A stretch of 39,267 bases of DNA from a virus: UHGV virus genome UHGV-1366781; one strand, written 5' to 3'. Of the stretch, positions 7,799 through 15,409 are shown piece after piece. Each line of letters starts with the position of its first letter. Position 1 is the first letter of the stretch. Both the position numbers and the translations under genes were made by a program. The notes under the pieces were generated by a model, which searched no databases, had not been told where the DNA came from, and saw only the letters and a program-made list of their open reading frames with translations.

Positions 7799-8908
7799 TC
7801 AGCCTTGCAGTCTCTTGTCAAGGTATGCGTCTATGTGTAACGGCTTGCCCCATACGATAGCCTTGTGGTCTATCTGTGCCATCTGTGCGGCTGCTAACAG
7901 TTCGAGCCGTGCGAAGTCAACATTCATGTGCTGCACCCAAGCGTTGCGCCAGTGCTTATCCCCCCACAACATACGTGCCCTAGGCTCGGCCCTGCGTTGC
8001 TCGTTGGCATCCATGCTCATCTTAGCGAGTACCTTAGCGTTGCGCTTCTCACGCTTAGAGGCCTTTCTGCGCCATTTGGCACGGGCCTTTCGTGCTACCT
8101 GAAAGTCTCCTTTAGGGTCACGGCGTGCCTTGCGTGCCTTACAGCGGTCAATCGCTTCCTGCGCTCTCAGCGCCTCAATCTCAGCGATGAGTTCATCCGG
8201 GTCACAGTGGAACTCACCCGGCTTTAACTTGTCGTCTGCGCTGAATGATACCGGGTCTGTGATAATCAGGCGTCCCATCTGGTCTTTCATCATGTTACCG
8301 CTGTGACAATCGAACGATGCGATGCCTAAGAAGAACTTGCGGATATCCTTGCAGGTCTCAATGAACCCGTCACTTATTGGGTACTCTTCGGCAGCATCAA
8401 AGCAATCCTCCTCAATGATTTCCCGTGCGGCCTTGAAGTGGTGACGAATCTTGTCACTCTCACCATCGCACCAGTAGTTAAGCGGATTCAGATAATCAAG
8501 AACCACCGTGTAACAACCAGCATGTCGCTGAATGTCGTACACCGTAGGGATACCTTCCCGGCCTTGGTTCATACGGCAGAAGGCTGCATAGGCTGCGCCT
8601 GAGTCCTCTTTCTTAAAGCCTACCTTGATGACCTTGCCCGGTAACAATGCGTGCTCATATGCTGCGCTAAAGTGACCATTTCCTAACTTGATGAAACCAA
8701 CATCCCTCATGCGCTCCGCCAGCGTCTGCCAGTAGTCCATATGTTCGAGCGCCTTGTTTCCTGCGTCCTGCGTCAGTTGCCCATCTTGAGTCTCAGCGTT
8801 CACAATGGCAGCAGCAAGAGCCACCAGCATGGGCTGGCGCTCGCTCAGGCGCTCAATCGGTAGATTGCGGATAGCTTCGAGTGCGGCTTGTGCTTCGGTG
8901 AAAGTCAT
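7799..8908 (-). CDS. 0.7: gp0.7 serine/threonine protein kinase / host transcription shut-off
   Basis: 369 aa; matches T7 gp0.7 kinase core (GNGHFSAAY.H.LLP..VIKVGFKKEDSGAAY.AFCRM.QGR.GIP.VYD.QRHAGCYTVVLD; ITDPVSFS) with a basic C-terminal half. Confidence 0.9.
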   Translation of the reverse strand: MTFTEAQAALEAIRNLPIERLSERQPMLVALAAAIVNAETQDGQLTQDAGNKALEHMDYWQTLAERMRDVGFIKLGNGHFSAAYEHALLPGKVIKVGFKKEDSGAAYAAFCRMNQGREGIPTVYDIQRHAGCYTVVLDYLNPLNYWCDGESDKIRHHFKAAREIIEEDCFDAAEEYPISDGFIETCKDIRKFFLGIASFDCHSGNMMKDQMGRLIITDPVSFSADDKLKPGEFHCDPDELIAEIEALRAQEAIDRCKARKARRDPKGDFQVARKARAKWRRKASKREKRNAKVLAKMSMDANEQRRAEPRARMLWGDKHWRNAWVQHMNVDFARLELLAAAQMAQIDHKAIVWGKPLHIDAYLDKRLQG

Positions 8909-8966
8909 TTCAATGTGTCCTTAGGTAGTAGTTAATGCGCTGTAGAAGATACCGACCTTATCGGTC

Positions 8967-9467
8967 TTAAAGTTTGCCCGTTAAATAGTGGAAGGCATTG
9001 CGTAACAATTCAGGCGAATCCTTTAATAGTCCTATTCCCCTGTTGCAGTTTGAACATAAAAGACCCCGAACGTCCCCGGTGATGTGGGAGTGGTCAACAC
9101 AGAGCTGCCTACCGGCTATGCTCTCAGGGTGCTTGCATATGGCGCACACTCCGTGCTGCTCCTCATACATTTTGCGGTAGGTCAGTTCATCAATCCCATA
9201 GTTTACTTTCAGGTGGTTGTTGCGTCTCCGCTTTGCATCCTTAAGCGCCTTATCGGTAGGCACAGAGGCGGCTTTCGCCTTTAAGCGTCTTTCGCGCTGC
9301 TGTTTGGCTTTACACGCCTTGCATGTGCCGATGTGCCCATCAAGTGACGCCGCATTCTTTGTGTAGAACTCAAGTGGCTTTATCTCACCACATGCTACGC
9401 AGGTCTTAATGGGTTGCAATGTAGAATACTCCCACCTTGTTGGCCTTAAAGCGTCCGTTACGTTCAC
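8967..9467 (-). CDS. endonuclease VII-type HNH nuclease with an N-terminal CxxC..CxxC zinc ribbon; candidate free-standing homing endonuclease
   Basis: 166 aa. VCAICKHPESIAGRQLCVDHSHITGDVRGLLCSNCNRGIG aligns to T4 gp49 (CLICQREL..HLDHDHELNGPKAGKVRGLLCNLCN). Start is GTG (9465-9467) with no SD, overlapping the upstream ORF by 62 nt. No counterpart in the T7 layout. Confidence 0.7.
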   Translation of the reverse strand: MNVTDALRPTRWEYSTLQPIKTCVACGEIKPLEFYTKNAASLDGHIGTCKACKAKQQRERRLKAKAASVPTDKALKDAKRRRNNHLKVNYGIDELTYRKMYEEQHGVCAICKHPESIAGRQLCVDHSHITGDVRGLLCSNCNRGIGLLKDSPELLRNAFHYLTGKL

Positions 9468-9600
9468 GAACCGTAAACCGTGGGATGAATCCCCACTTAA
9501 AGTAACTCAGCGTTGCCTTGTGTATTGCCAGACCGCGCTTAAAGTCTCGCATAAAGTACATTGCGATGCACAGATAGACCAGTGCGATTAGTGCTGCCAT
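9406..9600 (-). CDS. hypothetical early protein (64 aa, hydrophobic N-terminus, basic C-terminus); position of 0.6B/0.65
   Basis: ORF track. ATG at 9598-9600 overlaps the end of the upstream 30-aa ORF (ATGGCAGCACTAA). Confidence 0.5.
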   Translation of the reverse strand: MAALIALVYLCIAMYFMRDFKRGLAIHKATLSYFKWGFIPRFTVRERNGRFKANKVGVFYIATH

Positions 9601-9680
9601 CGTGAGAAATACCCTAAGTTGTTCATAATGATTAAGATGATAATCGGCCCGATAGACCAGTTCACAACCTTCTCGAACAT
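9588..9680 (-). CDS. hypothetical small hydrophobic early protein (30 aa); position of 0.6A / T7 0.4-0.5
   Basis: Hand-read MFEKVVNWSIGPIIILIIMNNLGYFSRWQH; AGGAGAG lies 6 nt upstream of the ATG at 9678-9680. Confidence 0.4.
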   Translation of the reverse strand: MFEKVVNWSIGPIIILIIMNNLGYFSRWQH

Positions 9681-9696
9681 ATCATGCTCTCCTGTA

Positions 9697-9745
9697 ATGT
9701 TAATCATAAAGGCCACTCGTATGGAGCGACCTTGAGTTTAACACT
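9697..9745 (-). promoter_or_regulatory. RNase III processing site R0.5-like, in the early region
   Basis: taatcataaaggccactcgtatggagcgaccttgagttta. Confidence 0.65.
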
Positions 9746-9789
9746 TGATAGACTTGAAGTCTGTTGCCCAGTGATTACAAATCGCGTTA

Positions 9790-9990
9790 TCAATCATTCC
9801 AGCCCGCACATGTTGCTTGGTGTATCACACAGGCTTGATAATCCTCTTGTGCTAAAATCGGGTTTACCCAATGTGTGACCTGTTTACCGTATCGCACAAC
9901 GTAGGTGCTTCCCATTGACCCGTGGTAATACTCACGCAGTGTTACGGTGCATTGGCCTTCTATTTTAGATGTTGCCAGTAGTTTACTCAT
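9790..9990 (-). CDS. hypothetical early protein (67 aa); position of T3 0.45
   Basis: The track ORF 9790..10062 begins inside the RNase III hairpin that follows 0.3. The ATG at 9988-9990 (MSKLLATSKIEG..) with AGGA upstream is the first start clear of the hairpin. Confidence 0.45.
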   Translation of the reverse strand: MSKLLATSKIEGQCTVTLREYYHGSMGSTYVVRYGKQVTHWVNPILAQEDYQACVIHQATCAGWND

Positions 9991-10014
9991 GGTGTTAGTC
10001 CTATAGCGTGCTAA

Positions 10015-10062
10015 GTGATAATCATAAAGGCCACACATACAGTGCGACCTTGAGTCTATCAC
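10015..10062 (-). promoter_or_regulatory. RNase III processing site immediately after gene 0.3
   Basis: gataatcataaaggccacacatacagtgcgaccttgagtctatcac. Confidence 0.65.
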
Positions 10063-10521
10063 TTACTGTACTTGCCAGCGGCGTCCGAACTCATCAATCG
10101 TAAAGCAGCCTTGCAGTGGTGCGCCTTTAGGCACCTCTTGGAAGCTACCCGGCAGACGTTCAGCCTTATACCCGTCGATACCTTTAGCGTACACCAATCC
10201 CGCTGTGTGAGTCTGTGATTTGTATACCAGTACGCAATCTTGCTCATACTCATTGCAAGCTAAGCGTGCAACATTGAGTGCCTGCGCCTTGTCCTTGCAG
10301 CGTACACGAACCGTTTTTTCCTCAGTCGGTGCGCTTGCGATTGCCTCACGATAGCACCCGGTCAAATCTGTAGACTCAAGTTCGCCGTAGATACCCGGTG
10401 CGGCACGTAATTCACTCACCATGTGGCGGTGGCGGCTCATGTTCACCTCATCATCAAGGTTAGAACGGAATGCTGACACCAGTACATAGAAGACGTTAGC
10501 AGGCTCTTTAGTGAAAATCAT
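10063..10521 (-). CDS. 0.3: gp0.3 S-adenosylmethionine hydrolase/lyase (SAMase, anti-restriction)
   Basis: 152 aa, MIFTKEPANVFYVLVSAFRSNL... matches my recollection of T3 SAMase. First gene downstream of A1-A3 and the R0.3 site; GAGGT upstream. Confidence 0.85.
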   Translation of the reverse strand: MIFTKEPANVFYVLVSAFRSNLDDEVNMSRHRHMVSELRAAPGIYGELESTDLTGCYREAIASAPTEEKTVRVRCKDKAQALNVARLACNEYEQDCVLVYKSQTHTAGLVYAKGIDGYKAERLPGSFQEVPKGAPLQGCFTIDEFGRRWQVQ

Positions 10522-10549
10522 TTGGCGTTACCTCATGTTAGTTCGTGTT

Positions 10550-10608
10550 AAGTGAATATCATAAAGGCCACGCTTTCAGTGCGACCTTGAGTTATTCGCT
10601 TATACATC
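10550..10608 (-). promoter_or_regulatory. RNase III processing site R0.3, upstream of gene 0.3
   Basis: aatatcataaaggccacgctttcagtgcgaccttgagttattcgc. Confidence 0.7.
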
Positions 10609-10799
10609 GGTACACTCAAGAGCTATTATCCAGATTGTTAAAGAACTTTAGGCTACAGTTTCGTCGAGCCGAGGCTATTTCAGTGTTAGCCGTCACTTGC
10701 GTTATAAGTGCGACAAGCTCTTTATTATCGTGGTCGCTTGTGCTTTCGCCATCTATCCACTATGTCGCGTTTTTACACCTACGACACTCGGTGTCTTTC

Positions 10800-10838
10800 A
10801 TGTGGTACATCGTACCGTGCTTACTTCATGTTGTCAAC
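10800..10838 (-). promoter_or_regulatory. E. coli sigma70 early promoter A3 (-35 TTGACA, 17-nt spacer, -10 TACGAT)
   Basis: TTGACAACATGAAGTAAGCACGGTACGATGTACCACATG; T7 A3 is TTGACAAACATGAAGTAAACACGGTACGATGTACCACATG. Confidence 0.8.
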
Positions 10839-10904
10839 CATTTTGTTTCGCTTTATGTGCCGTGGTGCGCTTAAGTCACCTAGAAGACACCGATTTGGTG
10901 GTTA

Positions 10905-10948
10905 ACGTTATGTTGTGCATCTTACTGCGTTTACTTCATGTTGTCAAT
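10905..10948 (-). promoter_or_regulatory. E. coli sigma70 early promoter A2 (-35 TTGACA, 17-nt spacer, -10 TAAGAT)
   Basis: TTGACAACATGAAGTAAACGCAGTAAGATGCAC; T7 A2 is TTGACAACATGAAGTAACATGCAGTAAGATAC. Confidence 0.75.
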
Positions 10949-11039
10949 GCCTGTTTTTCGTATGACTTATCAGGCTGTCTACTTATCCGGTTGACTCCGG
11001 TATCTCAGGGAGTGGCTTTAAGGCCGTTGTCCCGTTGAC

Positions 11040-11078
11040 GAGATGAATAATAGCTTTAAAGGTAACTTAAAGTCAACC
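11040..11078 (-). promoter_or_regulatory. E. coli sigma70 early promoter A1 (-35 TTGACT, 18-nt spacer, -10 TATTAT)
   Basis: Minus strand reads TTGACTTTAAGTTACCTTTAAAGCTATTAT; T7 A1 also begins TTGACTTAAAG. The adjacent promoters are strong, regularly spaced and on the same strand. Confidence 0.6.
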
Positions 11079-11132
11079 ATTAATTTAAATCTTTTATTAA
11101 ATCCTTAATTACCTCTTTAAGTATCAACCTCA

Positions 11133-11157
11133 TTCCCTTTAGTGAGGGCAATTGAAT
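11133..11157 (-). promoter_or_regulatory. T3-type promoter phiOL (left-end replication promoter), variant TTGCCCTCACTAAAGGGAATG
   Basis: Located between the terminal repeat / 7-mer array and E. coli promoter A1, as phiOL is in T7. Confidence 0.6.
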
Positions 11158-11195
11158 TGACGATAGACACCATAGACGACTACAAGGCACCGCTA

Positions 11196-11332
11196 CAGGT
11201 TAACAATGGGTCTTATCGGTCTGGTTGTCTTTAAGATAGCGCCACTCTTTAGGTGGTGGCTTTAGGTCTGGTCTTTAGGTGGTGGCTTTAGGTCTGGTCT
11301 TTAGGTGGTGGCTTTAGGGTTTACTTTAGGAA
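11196..11332 (-). repeat. array of CCTAAAG-type 7-mers (plus strand ctttagg) on the left-end side of the TR, including ~2.5 tandem copies of a 26-bp unit (ctttaggtggtggctttaggtctggt) at 11247-11316
   Basis: At least 9 ctttagg/ctttaag copies. The T7 ends carry equivalent CCTAAAG arrays (ACCAGACCTAAAGACCAGACCTAAAG..). Confidence 0.8.
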
Positions 11333-11342
11333 TGGCTAACAG

Positions 11343-11573
11343 ATAGGGACACATAGAGATGTACTATCGAACTGGTACACTAGGACACTCTTTAAGCCCT
11401 CTTTAAGCCCATCCATCACTTTAGGTATTGACTTTAGGCAACACTTTAGGCTATCCTATAGGCCACTTGAGGAGATACCCAAGGTTAACCGAAGGTTAAA
11501 CCAGAGTGGTAGGGCTGGCTTTAGGTGGCTTTAGGAGGGCTATGGGGGTACTTTGGGTTCTTGAACTGTGAGA
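11343..11573 (-). repeat. direct terminal repeat (single collapsed copy, ~231 bp); concatemer junction
   Basis: The minus strand from 11573 reads TCTCACAGTTCAAGAACCCAAAGTACCCCCATAGCC.. (T7 left end is TCTCACAGTGTACGGACCTAAAG..). It ends ..TGTGTCCCTATCTGTTAGCCATTCCTAAAG, which resembles the T7 TR end. Right-end-unique sequence lies at higher coordinates, left-end-unique at lower. The length is assumed from my recollection of T3. Confidence 0.55.
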
Positions 11574-11760
11574 TACCCATTCAGATTTTTGTGGTAAATT
11601 CTTAAAGGGTCTCTTTAGGCAACCACTTTAGGTAAGGCCACACCATAGGTGAGACCATAGGAGCATCCCGAAGGGATAGCTAGGAGACACCAGAAGACCC
11701 TGTAAGACCATTACGAACTACAGGGCATCTTTAGGTATAACCTTTAGGGTTGACTCTACA
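11574..11760 (-). repeat. array of CCTAAAG-type 7-mers on the right-end side of the TR (between 19.5 and the TR)
   Basis: ctttagg/ctttaag/cataggt motifs recur every ~15-40 bp. Confidence 0.7.
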
Positions 11761-11830
11761 GGGATGAGTTGGTGTAGTGAAACTATACCTACGAATCCCT
11801 CAGAGCCGCTTGTCGGTCATCAACAATAAT

Positions 11831-11980
11831 TTAATCCCCACAAGAGAGTATAGAGCAAAAGGCCACTTCCAGTTGACCGAGGTGGTCAGTAAGACCTGCG
11901 TACCCAATGGTAGCAGTAAGTACCAGAAGAAATCGCCAAGTGACTCTATGACGCAGCAGGGCAATCAGCAAGCGTAACAT
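11831..11980 (-). CDS. 19.5: gp19.5 (49 aa)
   Basis: MLRLLIALLRHRVTWRFLLVLTATIGYAGLTDHLGQLEVAFCSILSCGD vs T7 gp19.5 MFRLLLNLLRHRVTYRFLVVLCAALGYASLTGDLSSLESVVCSILTCSD. AAGGAGGTG upstream of the ATG at 11978-11980; lies downstream of phiOR. Confidence 0.8.
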   Translation of the reverse strand: MLRLLIALLRHRVTWRFLLVLTATIGYAGLTDHLGQLEVAFCSILSCGD

Positions 11981-12120
11981 TGAGCCACCTCCTTTCAGTT
12001 GCTCTAAGGTAGGGTGATTATACAATGATAATATCACCAATCATAGAGGAGACTTAAAGTGCATAAAGGGTCATTGCATAACCTGAATGACTAACCTATA
12101 TAGTAGCTTTAAGTCCCCCT

Positions 12121-12145
12121 CTCTCCCTTTAGTGAGGGTTAATTC
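12121..12145 (-). promoter_or_regulatory. T3-type promoter phiOR (AATTAACCCTCACTAAAGGGAGAG), upstream of 19.5
   Basis: Perfect consensus match. Confidence 0.85.
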
Positions 12146-12212
12146 AAACTCGTTGATTCTTAAGGAATTTCTCCTTATGGCCTTCCTTGGTCTGTATGAA
12201 TAGGAAGTCACA

Positions 12213-12635
12213 TTAAGCGAGATAATATGCACCAACCAATTCGGAAGCCTTAGCGTCTCTCCACGCCACAGCGTCATTGAGTTCTGTGAACTTCTCCACG
12301 TACTTGACGCCTCTGACAGTTAGCGTTGCATCAAATCCCTTGGCTGTCTTACGAATACCCTTCGGCAGTCCGTCAGCTTTAGGTCTCTTTGAGTTGTGTA
12401 CGTTCTGAGACCTAGAGGCCAGACGTAAGTTCTCGATGCGGTTATCAAGTTTGTTCCTGTTTATGTGGTCAACAAACATACCTTCCGGTATACGACCATT
12501 GAATGCCTCCCAAATTATCCTATGGGCTGCACCTCCGTGTAGTGTGTAGTATGAACCACTCAGCACACATAGTTGCTCTCCCTTGGAGTTAGAGAGGCAA
12601 CCCGGAACCTCCGGGCTGTACCTCAAATCAAACAT
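12213..12635 (-). CDS. HNH_3-family endonuclease with a C-terminal AP2-like DNA-binding domain; candidate homing endonuclease inserted after terminase gene 19
   Basis: 140 aa. HNH motif HINRNKLDNRIENLRLASRSQN..N, then GVKYVEKFTELNDAVAWRDAKASEL (AP2-like). AAGGAGG lies 7 nt upstream; start is 10 nt after the gene 19 stop. No counterpart in the T7 layout. Confidence 0.8.
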   Translation of the reverse strand: MFDLRYSPEVPGCLSNSKGEQLCVLSGSYYTLHGGAAHRIIWEAFNGRIPEGMFVDHINRNKLDNRIENLRLASRSQNVHNSKRPKADGLPKGIRKTAKGFDATLTVRGVKYVEKFTELNDAVAWRDAKASELVGAYYLA

Positions 12636-12644
12636 AGTTCCTCC

Positions 12645-14408
12645 TTACCAGTCAATGAACCTATTGCTATTCACATCGTCATCCTCCCAATAGAGTTCCA
12701 TACCGTCAACCATAGAGGTAACTACGTGACCAGCCGAATGGATTGGGTGCTCCATGTGTTCCTCTAAGAACGCCTCAAGCACCTCAGCCTCAACCTTAAC
12801 GGCGTCCAGTTCCATCGTAGAGCGTAAGAACTCTACACCCAATGCTAACGCATCAAGTCGGTCGTCATGTGCCACAGCGCCCTTCTCACGGGCCATACGG
12901 GTTAACTGGTAGAACAGCGAATAGCGAACGTCATGCTTGCCATCAGCGTCACGGGCAGTCTGGTAGTCCTCACGAATCACCTCATCACGAATCACAAGGC
13001 GGTGCGTAGAGAGCACAGGTTCCAGCGTATCACAAATGCGTAGTTCCTTCATACCACGAGCGCGAATCTCTTCCATAGCGGCTGCATGGTGTTTCAGGAG
13101 CACAGGGCTGAATACCTTACCAAACATACCATCCCCGAAGTTACTCTCGAAGACCACTGTCTGAACCTTCCACTGCTTCGCTTTCTTAGCGAGGGACTCA
13201 AGGGTCTTATCGGAATAACCATCGCGGAACCCGCCAGCTTCCATCAGATAGATGTAGCCATTCAGGGTGAACAACACTGCGTAACCAGTCTCATCCTTAC
13301 CGCGACCACTAGGGTCAATCACGAGGATGCGTTGCTGGTACTGTCCAGTGTTCTGGCTGCACGAATGATAGCTATGAATATCATCACCCTTAAGGCCCAC
13401 GTTAGGTAGCTCTTCATTGCGATTCTGACGGTTCGGAAGCCACTGGTAATGCATTGGGGCTTTCTCGAAGTCCAGACCGCACACTATAGCGTCACGGAGG
13501 CGTAAGGGGTACTTCTCGGCATCACTCAGGTTCGGGTTGAGCATGAACTGCAAAGTGAAGCCAGCCTTACCGTATTCCAACTCACGCTCTCGCAGGTCTT
13601 CCATATCGAAGCGCACGGGGTCAGTCGGTTGACCTTGGAGCATCTCGAACCCATCGTTGAACTCTTCGCGGAGCATCGGGGCCAGACGGTCGCCATAGTA
13701 CAAGTCTTCCTCACGGCTACGCGGATAAAGCGCAGGCCAGATGATTGTGGTGTACCCACGGTTATCTTCGAGTTCCTTGTACAAGGTCATTTCGGTTTGA
13801 GGCGTACCAAGGTAGATAACGCGAGAAGTCGGCAGCGGTTTCAGAAGCGCAGCAAATTCCTGCACCAGAGTCCACAGCTTCTCACGGGCACCTTGAGTTG
13901 CGGAGTTAGAAGGAATCTCAACGTCATCCGCTATGATGATATCAGCACGACTACCAGTCAACTGACCAGTGATACCCACCGACTTCACAGACGGAGAGTG
14001 GTCAGGCTTGGCAGGGCCAACATCGAAACTAATCACAGAGTCACGCTGACCGGGGCGAGGCTTTAACTCAGCCAAGAAGGGCAGCAGGTCAATGATGTTC
14101 TTGATGAAGATGGAGTTAGCGTCCGCACGTTCTTTGGATGCAGAGACAATCAGTATCTTCAACTGAGGGTCACGCCATAACGTCCACACAACGAACGCAC
14201 AGGTGATGAATGACTTACCGATACCACGGAAAGCCTGTAGGATAAACTTCTTGTTGTCTCCGTTAGCCAGACACCGGGCCATGTCGATTTGACACTTAGT
14301 TGGCTGTGGAAGCGAAAGGGCTTTCCATAAGACAAATAAGAAAGCGACAAAATCGCCTTTAAGTTGCGCAACGATTAGCGCATTACGGTTTGCTTGGTTG
14401 TCGCTCAT
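12645..14408 (-). CDS. 19: gp19 terminase large subunit (DNA maturase B)
   Basis: 587 aa; long identical runs with T7 gp19 ([61 protein letters not shown]). Confidence 0.97.
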   Translation of the reverse strand: MSDNQANRNALIVAQLKGDFVAFLFVLWKALSLPQPTKCQIDMARCLANGDNKKFILQAFRGIGKSFITCAFVVWTLWRDPQLKILIVSASKERADANSIFIKNIIDLLPFLAELKPRPGQRDSVISFDVGPAKPDHSPSVKSVGITGQLTGSRADIIIADDVEIPSNSATQGAREKLWTLVQEFAALLKPLPTSRVIYLGTPQTEMTLYKELEDNRGYTTIIWPALYPRSREEDLYYGDRLAPMLREEFNDGFEMLQGQPTDPVRFDMEDLRERELEYGKAGFTLQFMLNPNLSDAEKYPLRLRDAIVCGLDFEKAPMHYQWLPNRQNRNEELPNVGLKGDDIHSYHSCSQNTGQYQQRILVIDPSGRGKDETGYAVLFTLNGYIYLMEAGGFRDGYSDKTLESLAKKAKQWKVQTVVFESNFGDGMFGKVFSPVLLKHHAAAMEEIRARGMKELRICDTLEPVLSTHRLVIRDEVIREDYQTARDADGKHDVRYSLFYQLTRMAREKGAVAHDDRLDALALGVEFLRSTMELDAVKVEAEVLEAFLEEHMEHPIHSAGHVVTSMVDGMELYWEDDDVNSNRFIDW

Positions 14409-14835
14409 TCTGCATCTCCTTAATAGTACGCTGGAGCGCCCTTACGTGAGCATCAGCAGCTTGGGTTATTCCGATAATACGCTTAGCATCTGACTCGTGT
14501 AGTTCGGCTCGACCATTAAACTCGCATCTACCGTTATCTTCTGGTAGTCCGGTAAGGGTTTTGATGCGGACTGACAGCCGCTTATTATTACTACGCAGGT
14601 CATTAAGCATCCTATCAGTGCTTCCTTCAATGGCTGCAATCTCTTCTTGGTACTCACGGGATACCCGACTGACCTCTGCCTGAGTTGCTGCGGTTGCTTT
14701 TGTTTTCGCAATGTATTCATTTTGGATTACCTCCTTCCAGTTTGCTCTCTCATGGGTTGACCCTAAGTGCCAGCCACCCATAAAGAGTGTCCCGGCGAGT
14801 ACCCAAGGGAGTGCGCTGCGTAAAAGTTTTAGCAT
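14383..14835 (-). CDS. 18.5: gp18.5 i-spanin (Rz-like)
   Basis: Matches T7 gp18.5 (..LRKLIPWVLAGMLF..GWHLGS). I chose the ATG at 14833-14835 ([11 protein letters not shown]) with GGGAGGTG upstream, rather than the track TTG start. Confidence 0.85.
   Translation of the reverse strand: MLKLLRSALPWVLAGTLFMGGWHLGSTHERANWKEVIQNEYIAKTKATAATQAEVSRVSREYQEEIAAIEGSTDRMLNDLRSNNKRLSVRIKTLTGLPEDNGRCEFNGRAELHESDAKRIIGITQAADAHVRALQRTIKEMQNERQPSKP
14466..14720 (-). CDS. 18.7: gp18.7 o-spanin (Rz1-like lipoprotein), embedded in the +1 frame of 18.5
   Basis: 84 aa; lipobox ..IISGCQSAS; C-terminus [21 protein letters not shown] vs T7 18.7 VDSSLMVEPNLTTEMLNVFSQ. Confidence 0.8.
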   Translation of the reverse strand: MNTLRKQKQPQQLRQRSVGYPVSTKKRLQPLKEALIGCLMTCVVIISGCQSASKPLPDYQKITVDASLMVEPNYTSQMLSVLSE

Positions 14836-14879
14836 AACACCTCCCATCAATTTTCAGATTTCACATAGATGCACCAAAT

Positions 14880-14924
14880 AACATCCATAAAGGCTCCCCG
14901 CGTGGAGAACCTTGAGTATGTCAC
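14880..14924 (-). promoter_or_regulatory. RNase III processing site R18.5, between 18 and 18.5
   Basis: catccataaaggctccccgcgtggagaaccttgagtatgtcac. Confidence 0.65.
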
Positions 14925-15191
14925 TTACTGTAGCGTGATAGTCTCATCGTCAGTCAGACCATTAGGGCCGACCACTTTGTTGTAGTCTTCCAGACCAGCC
15001 GCGAGACCGCCAAGGATGTTCTCATCCGGGGTCAGCTTACTGATTTGGAACTTATGGCGGTCTAACAGTTTGCCGATGGCGTTGTAAAGCTGCGGCGTTC
15101 GGCGCTCCTCGCTCTGGAGGTCAGCAAGCATACGCTGTGCCATCTCCGTGTCCAGCATCTCCAGCAGCTTGATTAAAGTCTTGTCGCTCAT
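14925..15191 (-). CDS. 18: gp18 terminase small subunit (DNA maturase A)
   Basis: 88 aa; MLDTEMAQRMLADL..ERRTPQLYNAIGKLLDRHKFQI.KL.PD..ILGGLA matches T7 gp18. Confidence 0.9.
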   Translation of the reverse strand: MSDKTLIKLLEMLDTEMAQRMLADLQSEERRTPQLYNAIGKLLDRHKFQISKLTPDENILGGLAAGLEDYNKVVGPNGLTDDETITLQ

Positions 15192-15194
15192 GGG

Positions 15195-15398
15195 TTACTC
15201 CTTATTTGCACGTTTCCAGTCAATCATCTTATCGACTACCTTGGCACCAATCTGAACCACTGTGTAGGCGATAGCTGCAACGTAGAACCATTCGTTTAAC
15301 GATAGTCCCCAAAAGAGTCGGGCCGCACCATCAGCGACCCCTGTGCCAACAATCGGCGCAGCCTTAACGACCTCGTTATTGAAGTCAAAAGATAACAT
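15195..15398 (-). CDS. 17.5: gp17.5 class II holin
   Basis: 67 aa, nearly identical to T7 gp17.5 (MLS.DFNNE..KAAPIVGTGVAD..ARLF.GLSLNEWFYVAAIAYTVVQIGAKVVDKMIDWK.ANKE). Confidence 0.92.
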   Translation of the reverse strand: MLSFDFNNEVVKAAPIVGTGVADGAARLFWGLSLNEWFYVAAIAYTVVQIGAKVVDKMIDWKRANKE

Positions 15399-15409
15399 TC
15401 TTGTTCTCC

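Noticed and set aside
8908-8966. Small hairpin (ACCGA..TCGGT) between the HNH gene and 0.7, as a possible terminator
   Set aside because: 5-bp stem with no U-tract; more likely incidental.
10545-11038. Three overlapping plus-strand ORFs (109, 113 and 65 aa)
   Set aside because: They lie across the A1-A3 promoter and R0.3 leader region on the wrong strand.
11196-11760. Short regularly recurring repeats; a CRISPR array was considered
   Set aside because: Units are 7 bp (CCTAAAG family) with irregular 8-35 bp spacing and no spacer-sized unique segments. They match the known T7-group end repeats.
11777-11977. 66-aa plus-strand ORF
   Set aside because: Antisense to gene 19.5 and the right-end repeats.
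12071-12277. 68-aa minus-strand ORF
   Set aside because: Overlaps the 3' end of the HNH_3 gene out of frame and runs straight through the phiOR promoter. The real gene here is 19.5 further downstream.
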